A program made the translations under genes and the position numbers. DNA of 62,894 bases, counting the filler, from Octopus bimaculoides (Eukaryota), in the NCBI RefSeq assembly GCF_001194135.2. It is 4 parts of 4 records of this genome, joined end to end, with 100 filler letters (N's around TTAATTAATTAA, not from the genome) between each part and the next. Parts side by side here need not be neighbours in the genome. Positions count along the whole stretch, not along the records: positions 1 to 19,210 come from NC_068984.1; 3 more parts are not named here. One strand, written 5' to 3'. Within the stretch, counting starts at the first letter, position 1, and every line of letters begins with the position of its first letter. A model generated the notes under the pieces. It ran no database searches, was not told where the DNA came from, and saw only the letters and a program-made list of their open reading frames with translations. Shown here piece by piece: positions 1 to 10,208 of the stretch.

Positions 1-15
1 TATATATATATATAT

Positions 16-170
16 TTGTATATAAATATATTTGCTCTCCCTGTTTATTTCTGTGTTCTTTTCTGTCGAAGAGAGTAGACTCGAAACGTAATACAGATTC
101 TCACTTCTCGAGCGTTAAACATCTATTTGTTGTTTACACACCCGTCTTCGTCTTCGGTTTGGCATTGTCG
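16..170 (+). mobile_element. Penelope-like terminal (pLTR-type) fragment with hammerhead-like motif at 57-95
   Basis: ttcttttCTGTCGAaGAGagtagaCTCGAAACGTa: CUGNNGA-like core, short gag/ctc stem II, GAAACGU palindromic stem III. Same architecture as the other motifs in this window. Confidence 0.45.
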
Positions 171-812
171 AGTTGTCGATGCCGAAACCGGCAACCTCCA
201 CAAGCTTCCCTGATGAAGAGTGATGCTAGATTCCCAGTAGTATTGAAAACAAGACCTGTCAAAAGTTTGGCTATACGTATCGTAGGTTTCATAACTATCT
301 ACCAGTAGCACGGGCCCTCAGAAATTTTTGGTTGGTGTCCGGTTCGCTGGAAGACTGCTGGGAGTAATGCAAGCCTTGGCTGTTGTGAAATCATGTCTCA
401 TGGAGAGTTCACTCCTAGGAGTAGATCACAAAACCAGATATACAGGGAATGGCATCGAACATATTCCCTATCATTTCCTTGCGCTTGAGATCATAAAGCT
501 TTCATATTCTTAAACCTGAAATCCATACTGGCAGTAGTTATCTTGCCTTGGTTTGTCTCTGGATCATGACAGTACACTGGAGAGGGTCAGTAAGGTGGTG
601 TGCAAGCCATATTTAACCAACTATTTGAGGTTGTGCAATCACCATCGAGGCAATTATCCGATACCGGTCCAGCAGTGAACCTCGAAGCAATGGACGCGAA
701 TTCAGGTGTAGCCGACTACTAGCGCATTAAAGTTATGCACTGGTAATGTTAGTATTTTGCATGGATAATGGTCAGAATTATGATATTACTCAGTCATAAG
801 CGAGCAGATGTC

Positions 813-819
<7 letters not shown>

Positions 820-891
<72 letters not shown>

Positions 892-1034
892 AGTGTATGT
901 GTGTGTGCATGCACGCGCGTTTGAATGTACGATATGTATATATGCGTATATATGTACGTTTATGTGTATATGTATGAGTGCGTGTGTGTGTACATACATA
1001 CATACATACATATATACATAAATACATACACATA

Positions 1035-1098
<64 letters not shown>
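820..1098. repeat. Compound (GT)n...(CA)n microsatellite running into an assembly gap
   Basis: Directly visible. Confidence 0.97.
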
Positions 1099-1955
1099 NN
1101 NNNNNNNNNNNNNNNNNNNNNNNNNNNNNNNNNNNNNNNNNNNNNNNNNNNNNNNNNNNNNNNNNNNNNNNNNNNNNNNNNNNNNNNNNNNNNNNNNNNN
1201 NNNNNNNNNNNNNNNNNNNNNNNNNNNNNNNNNNNNNNNNNNNNNNNNNNNNNNNNNNNNNNNNNNNNNNNNNNNNNNNNNNNNNNNNNNNNNNNNNNNN
1301 NNNNNNNNNNNNNNNNNNNNNNNNNNNNNNNNNNNNNNNNNNNNNNNNNNNNNNNNNNNNNNNNNNNNNNNNNNNNNNNNNNNNNNNNNNNNNNNNNNNN
1401 NNNNNNNNNNNNNNNNNNNNNNNNNNNNNNNNNNNNNNNNNNNNNNNNNNNNNNNNNNNNNNNNNNNNNNNNNNNNNNNNNNNNNNNNNNNNNNNNNNNN
1501 NNNNNNNNNNNNNNNNNNNNNNNNNNNNNNNNNNNNNNNNNNNNNNNNNNNNNNNNNNNNNNNNNNNNNNNNNNNNNNNNNNNNNNNNNNNNNNNNNNNN
1601 NNNNNNNNNNNNNNNNNNNNNNNNNNNNNNNNNNNNNNNNNNNNNNNNNNNNNNNNNNNNNNNNNNNNNNNNNNNNNNNNNNNNNNNNNNNNNNNNNNNN
1701 NNNNNNNNNNNNNNNNNNNNNNNNNNNNNNNNNNNNNNNNNNNNNNNNNNNNNNNNNNNNNNNNNNNNNNNNNNNNNNNNNNNNNNNNNNNNNNNNNNNN
1801 NGATCCATTTCTCGATCGTTTTGTAACTTGCGATTAAACGTGGATTCTGAGCAATAATAAAAAAAAAACATTCTTCGTAGTGCATTATTTAGATTATTTA
1901 CATTATTTACATTATTTACATTCAACGGATATTTGTCCTCATCTTGTTTGTTGTT

Positions 1956-2001
1956 AACACAACGTTTCGGCTGATACACCCTCCAGATTTCTTCAGGTGT
2001 C
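1956..2001 (-). ncRNA. Minimal type-I hammerhead ribozyme motif (stem II partly mutated)
   Basis: Minus strand: gacac CUGAAGA a aucug-gagggugUau-cagcc GAAACGU U guguu. Stem I gacac/guguu, palindromic ACGU stem III. Confidence 0.75.
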
Positions 2002-2100
2002 TTGGGGAAATTTCGAACCTGGGTTCTCATTCCTAAGGTATTTTTCGATGTTATTATTATTATTATTATTATTATTATCATTATTATTGTTGTTATTGTT

Positions 2101-2175
2101 CAGGTCACTGCTAGGAATTGAACTCGAAATCTTGGGGTTAGTAGCCCGCCATCTTAACCACTACCCCATATGCCC
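2101..2175 (-). promoter_or_regulatory. tRNA-like head with Pol III A-box and B-box
   Basis: Minus strand: gggcataTGGGGTAGTGGttaag...gaGTTCAATTCC. The sister copy at 25531 has the better A-box TGGCGTAGTG. Confidence 0.75.
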
Positions 2176-2983
2176 ACGGATATATGGCGTAGTGGCGTAG
2201 TCGAATGTAAACAATGTAGATAATGTACATAATTCCTCATCTCTTAAATATAGAACTGTATTCTTCGTAGTAGCTGGACGAAAACGAAGCAGCGGAAATT
2301 TTCCCTAAGCCCGAGCTTTCCAAATGAATCTTATGGTAACTGGTTGGTGGTTTACTGCTGGACTCACCCACTATAACTTAATAAAAGCCGGAAAAACCAT
2401 TACTGCAGAAGGATTACCATGAAATTTTCAAAATGAACGGAAAACTACTACCTCTCCGTCTCAGACTTGTCAAGAGAAGAGAGCCAATCATTGTTCATGA
2501 CAATGCTCGATCACACGTTTCACTAATGACGTTCCAGATGTTGAGCGAAGTTGGCTACGAAGTTCTTCCTCAAACCCCACTTTCCTTAGACCTTTCTCAT
2601 ACCGACCATCAATTTTCAAGCACCTTCATGGTTTCCGGTGAGAGAAATATAACGACAATTGAACGGCTTCTGTTAGAGTTACGGAGCTACATATAATCAT
2701 AATTTTGAAGCAGAAAGACACTTCCGCACCTATACATTCGATTCTTATGGTCCGATGGTTCCTCACATTTCAACCGATTCAAAAACGGTGTCTCAACAGT
2801 TGAAAACTTTTCAGAGGGTTTCGATTTCCGATGGTACCAAGGTTTGATATTAGTTCTAAGTAAAATTCTTCCATTTTGCTTTTTTGTATTTCCTAAATTC
2901 ATTTTCTTATTTTATTTCTAGCACACATGTGCGCACATACACAGAAACCTGCTTGTGTTTATATATATATATGCATTTATAGT

Positions 2984-3362
2984 GGAGGCACAATGGCTCA
3001 GAGGTTAGGGCAGCGGACTCGCGGCAGTAGGATCGCGGCTTCGATTCCCAGACCGGATGTAGTGAGTGTTTATAGAGCAAAAACACCTGCAGCTCCACGA
3101 GGTTCCGGCAGGGAGTGGCGGCGAATCTTACTGAAACTTTTCACCACAATTTTCTCTCATTGTTCCTTCTCGTTTCTGTTGTACCTGTATTTCAAAGGGC
3201 CAGCCTTGTCACAATCTGTGTCACGCTAAATCGCCCCGAGAACTACGTTATGGGTACACACGTCTGTGGAGTGTTCAGTCACTGGCACGTAAATTTCGTG
3301 AGCAGGCTGTTCTGTTCATCGGATCAACTGGAGCCCTCGTCGTCGTAACCGAAGTAGTGCCA
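2984..3362 (+). mobile_element. tRNA-derived SINE (family B)
   Basis: A-box-like TGGCTCAGAGG and B-box-like cTTCGATTCC. Near-identical over about 380 bp to the copy at 37970-38350. Confidence 0.9.
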
Positions 3363-5672
3363 GTAAGACATGCATTTATACAGAGGGACATGAGTATGTG
3401 TGCATGTATATATATATATATATNNNNNNNNNNNNNNNNNNNNNNNNNNNNNNNNNNNNNNNNNNNNNNNNNNNNNNNNNNNNNNNNNNNNNNNNNNNNN
3501 NNNNNNNNNNNNNNNNNNNNNNNNNNNNNNNNNNNNNNNNNNNNNNNNNNNNNNNNNNNNNNNNNNNNNNNNNNNNNNNNNNNNNNNNNNNNNNNNNNNN
3601 NNNNNNNNNNNNNNNNNNNNNNNNNNNNNNNNNNNNNNNNNNNNNNNNNNNNNNNNNNNNNNNNNNNNNNNNNNNNNNNNNNNNNNNNNNNNNNNNNNNA
3701 TATATATATATATATATATATACATTTCTGTGTTGTTCTTTGTCAGTGGGATACTAAAAATTAGATAGTGGTGTGAATATAACTCAGCGAGAAACGAAAG
3801 AGGATTAGTTCTTCGTACTCTACTCACCTGAAAATATGAATGAATACAGCTATTGCTTTATCATATTAATGCATTATGCTATGAAAACATGTACATTTCT
3901 GCAATTACCAGTTGATATTGATGCACCGAAATAGTTGTAGTGATTTGTAATACAACCTGTTCATTCAATGTTATATTAAAATATTTTTATACGAACTGGA
4001 CAGATATTCACTGATTTTCACATGTATATCCAGTAAAAGGAGATCTTGTACTGCTTTATAACATCTAGATGCTGATACTCGAAAAACGCTTTAAAGGCAA
4101 ACTATAATGTTATTACCCAGATTATATACATACACATACATACATATACGTAAATTATTATATAATATAAAATAAATAGATTGATAGATAGATCGATAAA
4201 TAGATAAACTGCGAATTTGGTGGAAGGTATGCTATGGAATATATAGCATACCTTCCACTAGAGCCTCAGTTTATTTCTACTTTTATGAGTATTAAGTAAA
4301 CGACAAATCTATGGAAGCCCGTAGGTTGAACAATAAATTTAATTTAAAAGAATCAGACTTCTATCAAACTGAATCATTGTTTCTCTTTGAGGTATACGAT
4401 GGAGAATCGAAGTGCTTGTGCAATGCTCAGCAACTTCATATATAATACAATATGTTACTATGTCAACTTGTTGAAGAAATGCTGTAAAAAATGTACGATA
4501 TTATAAGGAAAGCGGAAAAAAAAACAAAGAGCCTAGTTTAATGCTCCGGAATACGTAAGAGAACTTCAACGATTCGAGCCTAAGCTCTTCTACAGAAAGG
4601 AACGAGGAGAAAAGAAAAAAACCATGGAGAGAACTTCCTGTCACGGATTAGTATCCACTTTCTCACTTAGTTTTTGTACTATTGCCGACTCTCCAGAACC
4701 ACTTTACCACAGTCAGATCCGAGTACCATTGCGAGTTTATATATCACGGATTCTACCATCCTGTATCTTACTATTCACAGATGTATTTGAAGGAAAATGA
4801 TACCCGTCCGGGAAGCCAACTTAGGATCAATTTAACTTCACTACGTACAAAGACACTCTTCCACGGTTTTATATTTCTAACGAAATTTAACCATTTCTTT
4901 CTATTTTCAGGCAAACCACATTACGTGTCTTAGTCCTCGTATCTGCTGCAATTACTATATCTACACTAAAGAGGAAAGCAAGTCGATATTCTACTCAACG
5001 TAGCCATGATATTTCATAGATTCATTCAATAATGGATTACATGATCGAGCAAGGATAATTTATGCCACTGCTTTACAACCACTATCATTAGGACCAGTAT
5101 CTCTGTTTATATCAGCATCAATGCCACAACAATCAATAGCAATAAGAACGGTACAGTCACAAACATCAACCTCAACTCACATCAGTACGTCCCTCAGCAT
5201 CTCAGCTCTAAACAACAGCAGCATCAGTACCACAACAACGATGACAGTATCAGAATATAATCGATGAATCTTCTCTGGAACATCGGAAAAGAAACATGAA
5301 AAAATTTATAAAATTTATAGTACAAACACACTGGCGGGAAAGTGAACAGCAGTGTGTTTTTAAATAATTAATGCTGATAATGATAATGATAATGATAATT
5401 GATCTCAGAAATCAATAATAATTAGAATATATAGAAACATAATTCATTATACAAAAGCAATAGACATAAACATTATTACGCTTCTTTGCGTCTGACAACG
5501 CGTTCGATTATTAGCGTTTTATTCGGTAAGAATTTACTGTCACGAGAAAGTAATCATTGGTTAAAATACACAGGGAATGATAGTCAGGTAAAGTGAAGGG
5601 AAGAGCCAGACAGACACCAAAGGCAAATCCTAAATGGCTGAGAAGATATAAAAGTTCTAATATAGGTGGAAT

Positions 5673-5830
5673 AGGCGTAGCTGTGTGATAAGAAGCTTGC
5701 TTCGCAACCGCATGGTTCCCGGTTCACTCCCACTGAGCGGCATTTGGGCAAGCGTCTTCAACTATAGCCTTGGGCCAACCAAAGCTTTAAGAGTCGATTT
5801 GGTAGGCAGAATGTGAAAGAATCATGTCGT
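5673..5830 (+). mobile_element. tRNA-derived SINE family A head followed by (TA)n
   Basis: Homologous to 45255-45410, 52262-52415, and (reverse) 8575-8725 and 62790-62894. Confidence 0.85.
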
Positions 5831-6343
5831 GTATATATATATATATATATATATATNNNNNNNNNNNNNNNNNNNNNNNNNNNNNNNNNNNNNNNNNNNN
5901 NNNNNNNNNNNNNNNNNNNNNNNNNNNNNNNNNNNNNNNNNNNNNNNNNNNNNNNNNNNNNNNNNNNNNNNNNNNNNNNNNNNNNNNNNNNNNNNNNNNN
6001 NNNNNNNNNNNNNNNNNNNNNNNNNNNNNNNNNNNNNNNNNNNNNNNNNNNNNNNNNNNNNNNNNNNNNNNNNNNNNNNNNNNNNNNNNNNNNNNNNNNN
6101 NNNNNNNNNNNNNNNNNNNNNNNNNNNNNNNNNNNNNNGATGCCCCAGTACGGTCGCAATCAAATGAGTGAGACGTGTGAAAGAGTAAAAGAGTAATATA
6201 TATATGAAATAGAAAATTACTATTTGTAAATTAATTCTCAATGAGAAACATTCATTGACAATACTCTAGAGTAGAAATTATTTGCCAACATAATGTGAGA
6301 GTCCTGATGAGAATGAATGCTACAGTTATTTAGCCCCGGAAAA

Positions 6344-6480
6344 CATCATCTCCATCTGGTTATACGACATGCTATCTGTATCCTTAGATTTTCGAACAAT
6401 AGAGTTTAGCATCCCCACTCAGCACAAAACAATATCTGTGTATCGCGATTTCAGGGTTATTTCTCTTCACCAGTACAGAA
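6344..6480 (-). mobile_element. Family-2 hammerhead-bearing short element (degenerate copy); motif at 6436-6478
   Basis: Aligns to 48849-48985. Minus strand: cugua CUGGUGA a gagaaauaacccu GAA AUCGCGAU A cacag. Confidence 0.7.
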
Positions 6481-6589
6481 CTGTGAGAAAGCGTTTCAAA
6501 GGAATCGTAGCTGGTATAATATAGGCGCTACTACAATCTAAGACCACGAAATATTAAGTTTAACTAAATCTCTTCCCTGGCTAATTCCA

Positions 6590-7630
6590 GTTTGTATTAT
6601 GAGGAAATGCTTGGTGTATCAAGAACTACTGTCTCGAAAGTAATGACAGACTTTGAGAAAGACGGAAAAAACCTCCTCGTCGAAACAAAACTCCTGAAAA
6701 AAAAACAAAGCTTTCAGATACGGACCGTCGGACTCTTACGCAAATTGTTAGGAAAAGATCACAAAAGTACAGCTCCCAAAATTGCTGCACAGCTTAATGA
6801 CCACCTCGAGAACCCAGTTTCTACGAAAAGTGTTTGCCGGGAGGTGCACAATGCTGGATTTTCCGGGAGGGCTGCATTTAGAAAAACACTACTTGCAAAA
6901 ATAAACGTTGCAAAGCATGTCGAGTGGAGTAAAACCTACAGAATTGGTCCCTAGAGCAGTGGAAGAATGTTATTTTCTCAGACAGGTGATCCTTTACCTT
7001 TTTTCCGACCGCCGGCCGAGTATACGTGTGGAGACAAAGAAAAGAATCATTTGACCCAGACTACCTTCTTTTAACTGTTAAACATGGTGGAGGATTTGTG
7101 ATAATCTGTGTGTGTATGTGCNNNNNNNNNNNNNNNNNNNNNNNNNNNNNNNNNNNNNNNNNNNNNNNNNNNNNNNGGGGGGGGGGGGTTTATTGAAAAT
7201 CTGCCGGCCAAATTGTTTCCCTTCATAGCAGAATTAATAGTCAAGACTATTTAAGCATTTTATGTGATCAAATTCATCCCATGGTTGCGGAACAGTTTCC
7301 AGGGGGTAACGCAACCTTTCAGGATGATAATGCACCAATTCACACAGCTAAAGTTGTTACTGAATAGCACGAGGAACATCATAGTGAAGTTGACCATCTT
7401 ATCTGGCAACCACAGTTCCCAGAACTCAATATTATTGAACATTATGGTGCATTTTAGGAAAACAAGTACGGAGTCGAAATCCTCCACCATCATCAATATA
7501 AGAACTGAAGACTGTTTTAGCTGAAGAATGGACAAAAATTCCTTTGGAAACTATTCAAACTTTGTACGAGTCCGTACCTCGTAGAATTTAAGCTGTAATT
7601 ACTGCCAAAGATGGTGCTACCCCTTATTGA
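6590..7630 (+). pseudogene. Tc1-family transposase remnant
   Basis: LGVSRTTVSKVM (HTH-like), KSTAPKI, WKNVIFS-type motif, FQDDNAPIHT, ELNIIEH, PRRI*AVITAKDGATPY. Frameshifted, with a gap. Confidence 0.92.
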
Positions 7631-7640
7631 AATAACTTTT

Positions 7641-7805
7641 TACATTATCTACATTAAGAATGAGAAGCCAAGACACCTGATGAAGGTGTCTTGGGTTCGA
7701 AATTTCCCCAAGAAACTTGATGAAGGCTGGAGGGTATATCAGCCGAAACGTTGTATTAACAACAAACTAAATGATGACAAATATCCGTCAAATGTAGATA
7801 ATGTA
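7641..7805 (+). mobile_element. Family-1 element, copy 3 (rearranged); hammerhead motif at 7712-7757
   Basis: Perfect 15-bp inverted ends tacattatctacatt / aatgtagataatgta. Core reads uUGAUGA a ggcug-gagggUaUaU-cagcc GAAACGU U guauu. Confidence 0.8.
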
Positions 7806-8261
7806 GGTGTTTCCATTATTTTGTCTAACCCCTGTATATGTGTGTGTGTGTGTGTGTGTATAAAACACACGGGCGAACACATCTATATAGATATATCCGT
7901 ATTGTGCACGTGTGTGCGTGTGTATGCCTCTGTTTGTGTGTGCGTGTGTATGCCTCTGTTTGTGTGTGTGTGCGCGCGTGTGTTATTGCGCTTGCGTATG
8001 TCTGTATGTCTGTATGTGTACCTGTGTGTGTTTGTTTATTTCTTGGCATTATATCAAACTTCAGAAATGACGGATACATAAAATTTGTAAGCAACTAATA
8101 GCTTTCAGATAATGTTTCAAACTTTAGAAAAATGAAACCTTTGCTGAGAGTCTGATATGATCCTTTTACTTCTTTATGTTCAACAACATCGTAAGATAAA
8201 TTTACTTATACAGTATAACGAAAATAACTACATTTTAAAGGGACATACTTTCTATTTGTAT

Positions 8262-8515
8262 TCTTTCATTCTTTTGGTCTATTACTTGTTGCGGTCATTT
8301 GACTGCGGCCATACTGTGGCACCGCCTTTTAGTCGAAGACATCAACCCATGGACTTACTCTTTGTAAGCCTAGTACTTACTTTACCCATCTCTTTTGACG
8401 AACCGATAGGTTACGGGGCCGTAAATACACCAAGATTGTTTGTGAAGCGATAGTAGTGGGGTGGGGAAAAACACACAAACAAACACTCACTCACACACAC
8501 ACACATACACACATA

Positions 8516-8576
<61 letters not shown>

Positions 8577-8725
8577 GGCGAACTTCTTTCATTTTCCGTC
8601 TGCCAAATCCACTCACAAGGCTTTGGTCGACTCGAGGCTATAGCAGACGACACTTGTCCAAGGTGCCACGCAGTGGGACTGGAACCCGAACCATGTGCTT
8701 GGGAAGCAAGCTTCTTAACACAACC
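8262..8725 (-). mobile_element. Bipartite SINE family A (head + internal (TA)n/(TG)n + tail)
   Basis: Same head-microsatellite-tail order as 45255-45715 and 62620-62894. Confidence 0.88.
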
Positions 8726-9885
8726 AATAAATACCAAACTTTGCTATGCCGACTTGTAGGTTTTGGTCAGCAAAATGTGGTCAAACTGTTATATAGCTAA
8801 TTATTTTTCATCATCATTAAATGATTTAAAAATAAAAATTTGAATGGTGTTAAATAGAATAGAGTCAAATAATTGACTGGGAAGGCATTAAGATAAATAT
8901 ATATATAAATCAGTATTAGAAGAGCATCTTATAGGAGCATCATACATAAATGCACGAACGTAAATGACACTACAAAAGAATCGTCTGTTATCGGCGTCGT
9001 TACTCTCATACCAAAGGTTGCAATCTACTAGGCCTCATCAGTGGGAGACTTCCGGTGGCCAAACACCAAACAAATGACGTTGTCACGATATATATAATAC
9101 CAGCATCTCTTCAGAAACTAGTGTCGCAGATAGCGAGCAGGCTTATAAAATTTAAGCATGCGTTTCCGAAGTAGTATTAGTACCGAAAAACAATCTTGAT
9201 ATCCAGCTTAACTTGGATGTCTTGTTAGAACAAGGAATACTACATTTTTAGTCTTGAGAGATGCTCTCAAGATGACGCACGATGCAGAAAATCACAGACA
9301 TAATCCCTAGCAACAACCGTCTATTATGTCCCCGGAACACGCATATCACAGGGTTTTCAAGCTTATAACAGAGTGAATGGAGCAGCAAGATAACCTCTGC
9401 ATCAGTTGCAAGTAATAGTAGCATGTATTTCCCTTAAACTATTATCTACTGTGTTAACAAAGAAAAAATACATTTGATGATGCCCTACAAAGACAATAGT
9501 TAAAACTTCTATTGTAACTTCACTGTTCTCATCCAAATCATCCAACCTCATTAGTATTGCTGACTTTTATAATCATTTCTGAAAAAGGTACATGACAGGA
9601 TATTTAGGTGGTTGCACGAGCCAACTGAATCAGACAAAAGGTTTAAGATATATCTTTTCTATCGACGATATAGCCACGTTGACTTTGGCGTAAATTGAGT
9701 AAAGGGTATTTTCTCCGACGTTCTAACGATTCCTCTAAATTATTCTATCACAAACACAATGATACAATGATTTAATAATTCGTTATAGAGGGAACATTTG
9801 ATAAAATCGACTTGAGTTATTAAATGGGGTTTATGTGATTGAATATAGAGGCCGGAACGTCAAATAAACACGGTCGGATTAGTAA

Positions 9886-10208
9886 CATCATGGCTTGCTT
9901 AATGGTTAGCGTAATCGGTTCATGATCACAAGCACGACGTTTCGATTCCCGACAGCGTGTTCTGTCCATGAGCAAAATAGTTTATTCCACGTTGCTCCAG
10001 TCCACTCAATTGGCAAAAATGAGTGGTACCTGTAATAAATATGGCCAGACTTGTCACATTCTGTATCACGCTGAACCTCCCTGAGAATTTTGTTAACAGT
10101 ACGCTTGTCTACAGAGTGCTCAGTCACTTGCACGTTAATTTCACGAGGAGGCTGTTTCGTTGGTCGGATCAACTGGAACCTCTTTGTCGTAACTGACGGA
10201 GTGCCAGT
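9886..10208 (+). mobile_element. tRNA-derived SINE (family B-related, diverged)
   Basis: Shares the 3' body (cttgtcacattctgtatcacgctgaa...ggatcaactggaacc...ggagtgcca) with 2984-3362. Confidence 0.8.

Larger units (their letters stand above)
1882..2259 (-). mobile_element. Family-1 palindromic non-autonomous element (tRNA-like head + (AAT)n + hammerhead + tail), copy 1
   Basis: Flanked by a 12-bp duplication attcttcgtagt (1870-1881, 2260-2271). The same tail appears on the minus strand at the left end and on the plus strand at 2204-2259. Confidence 0.85.
1802..2700 (+). pseudogene. mariner-family transposase remnant, split by an insertion at 1882-2259
   Basis: 5' piece reads DPFLDRFVTCD*TWIL (cf. 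mariner DPFLDRIVTCDEKW). 3' piece reads HDNARSHVS...VGYEVLPQTPLSLDLSHTD (cf. HDNARPH...HPPYSPDLSPTD). Contains stops and frameshifts. Confidence 0.9.

Noticed and set aside
205-260. CTGATGA...GAAA motif
   Set aside because: No stem II or stem I complementarity.
2101-2175. Functional tRNA gene
   Set aside because: A/B boxes are present, but there is no convincing acceptor stem or T-run terminator, and it is embedded in a dispersed element. The same holds for the other SINE heads.
4895-5030. Strong plus-strand splice acceptor at 4910
   Set aside because: All frames close within about 35 codons and no recognisable peptide; acceptor-like tracts are common in AT-rich DNA.
6300-6350. Plus-strand CTGATGA...GAAA hammerhead
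   Set aside because: No closed stem II adjacent to the core and no valid stem I/III pairing.
9030-9055. Minus-strand ctgatgaggcc hammerhead half
   Set aside because: No downstream GAAA or complementary stem.
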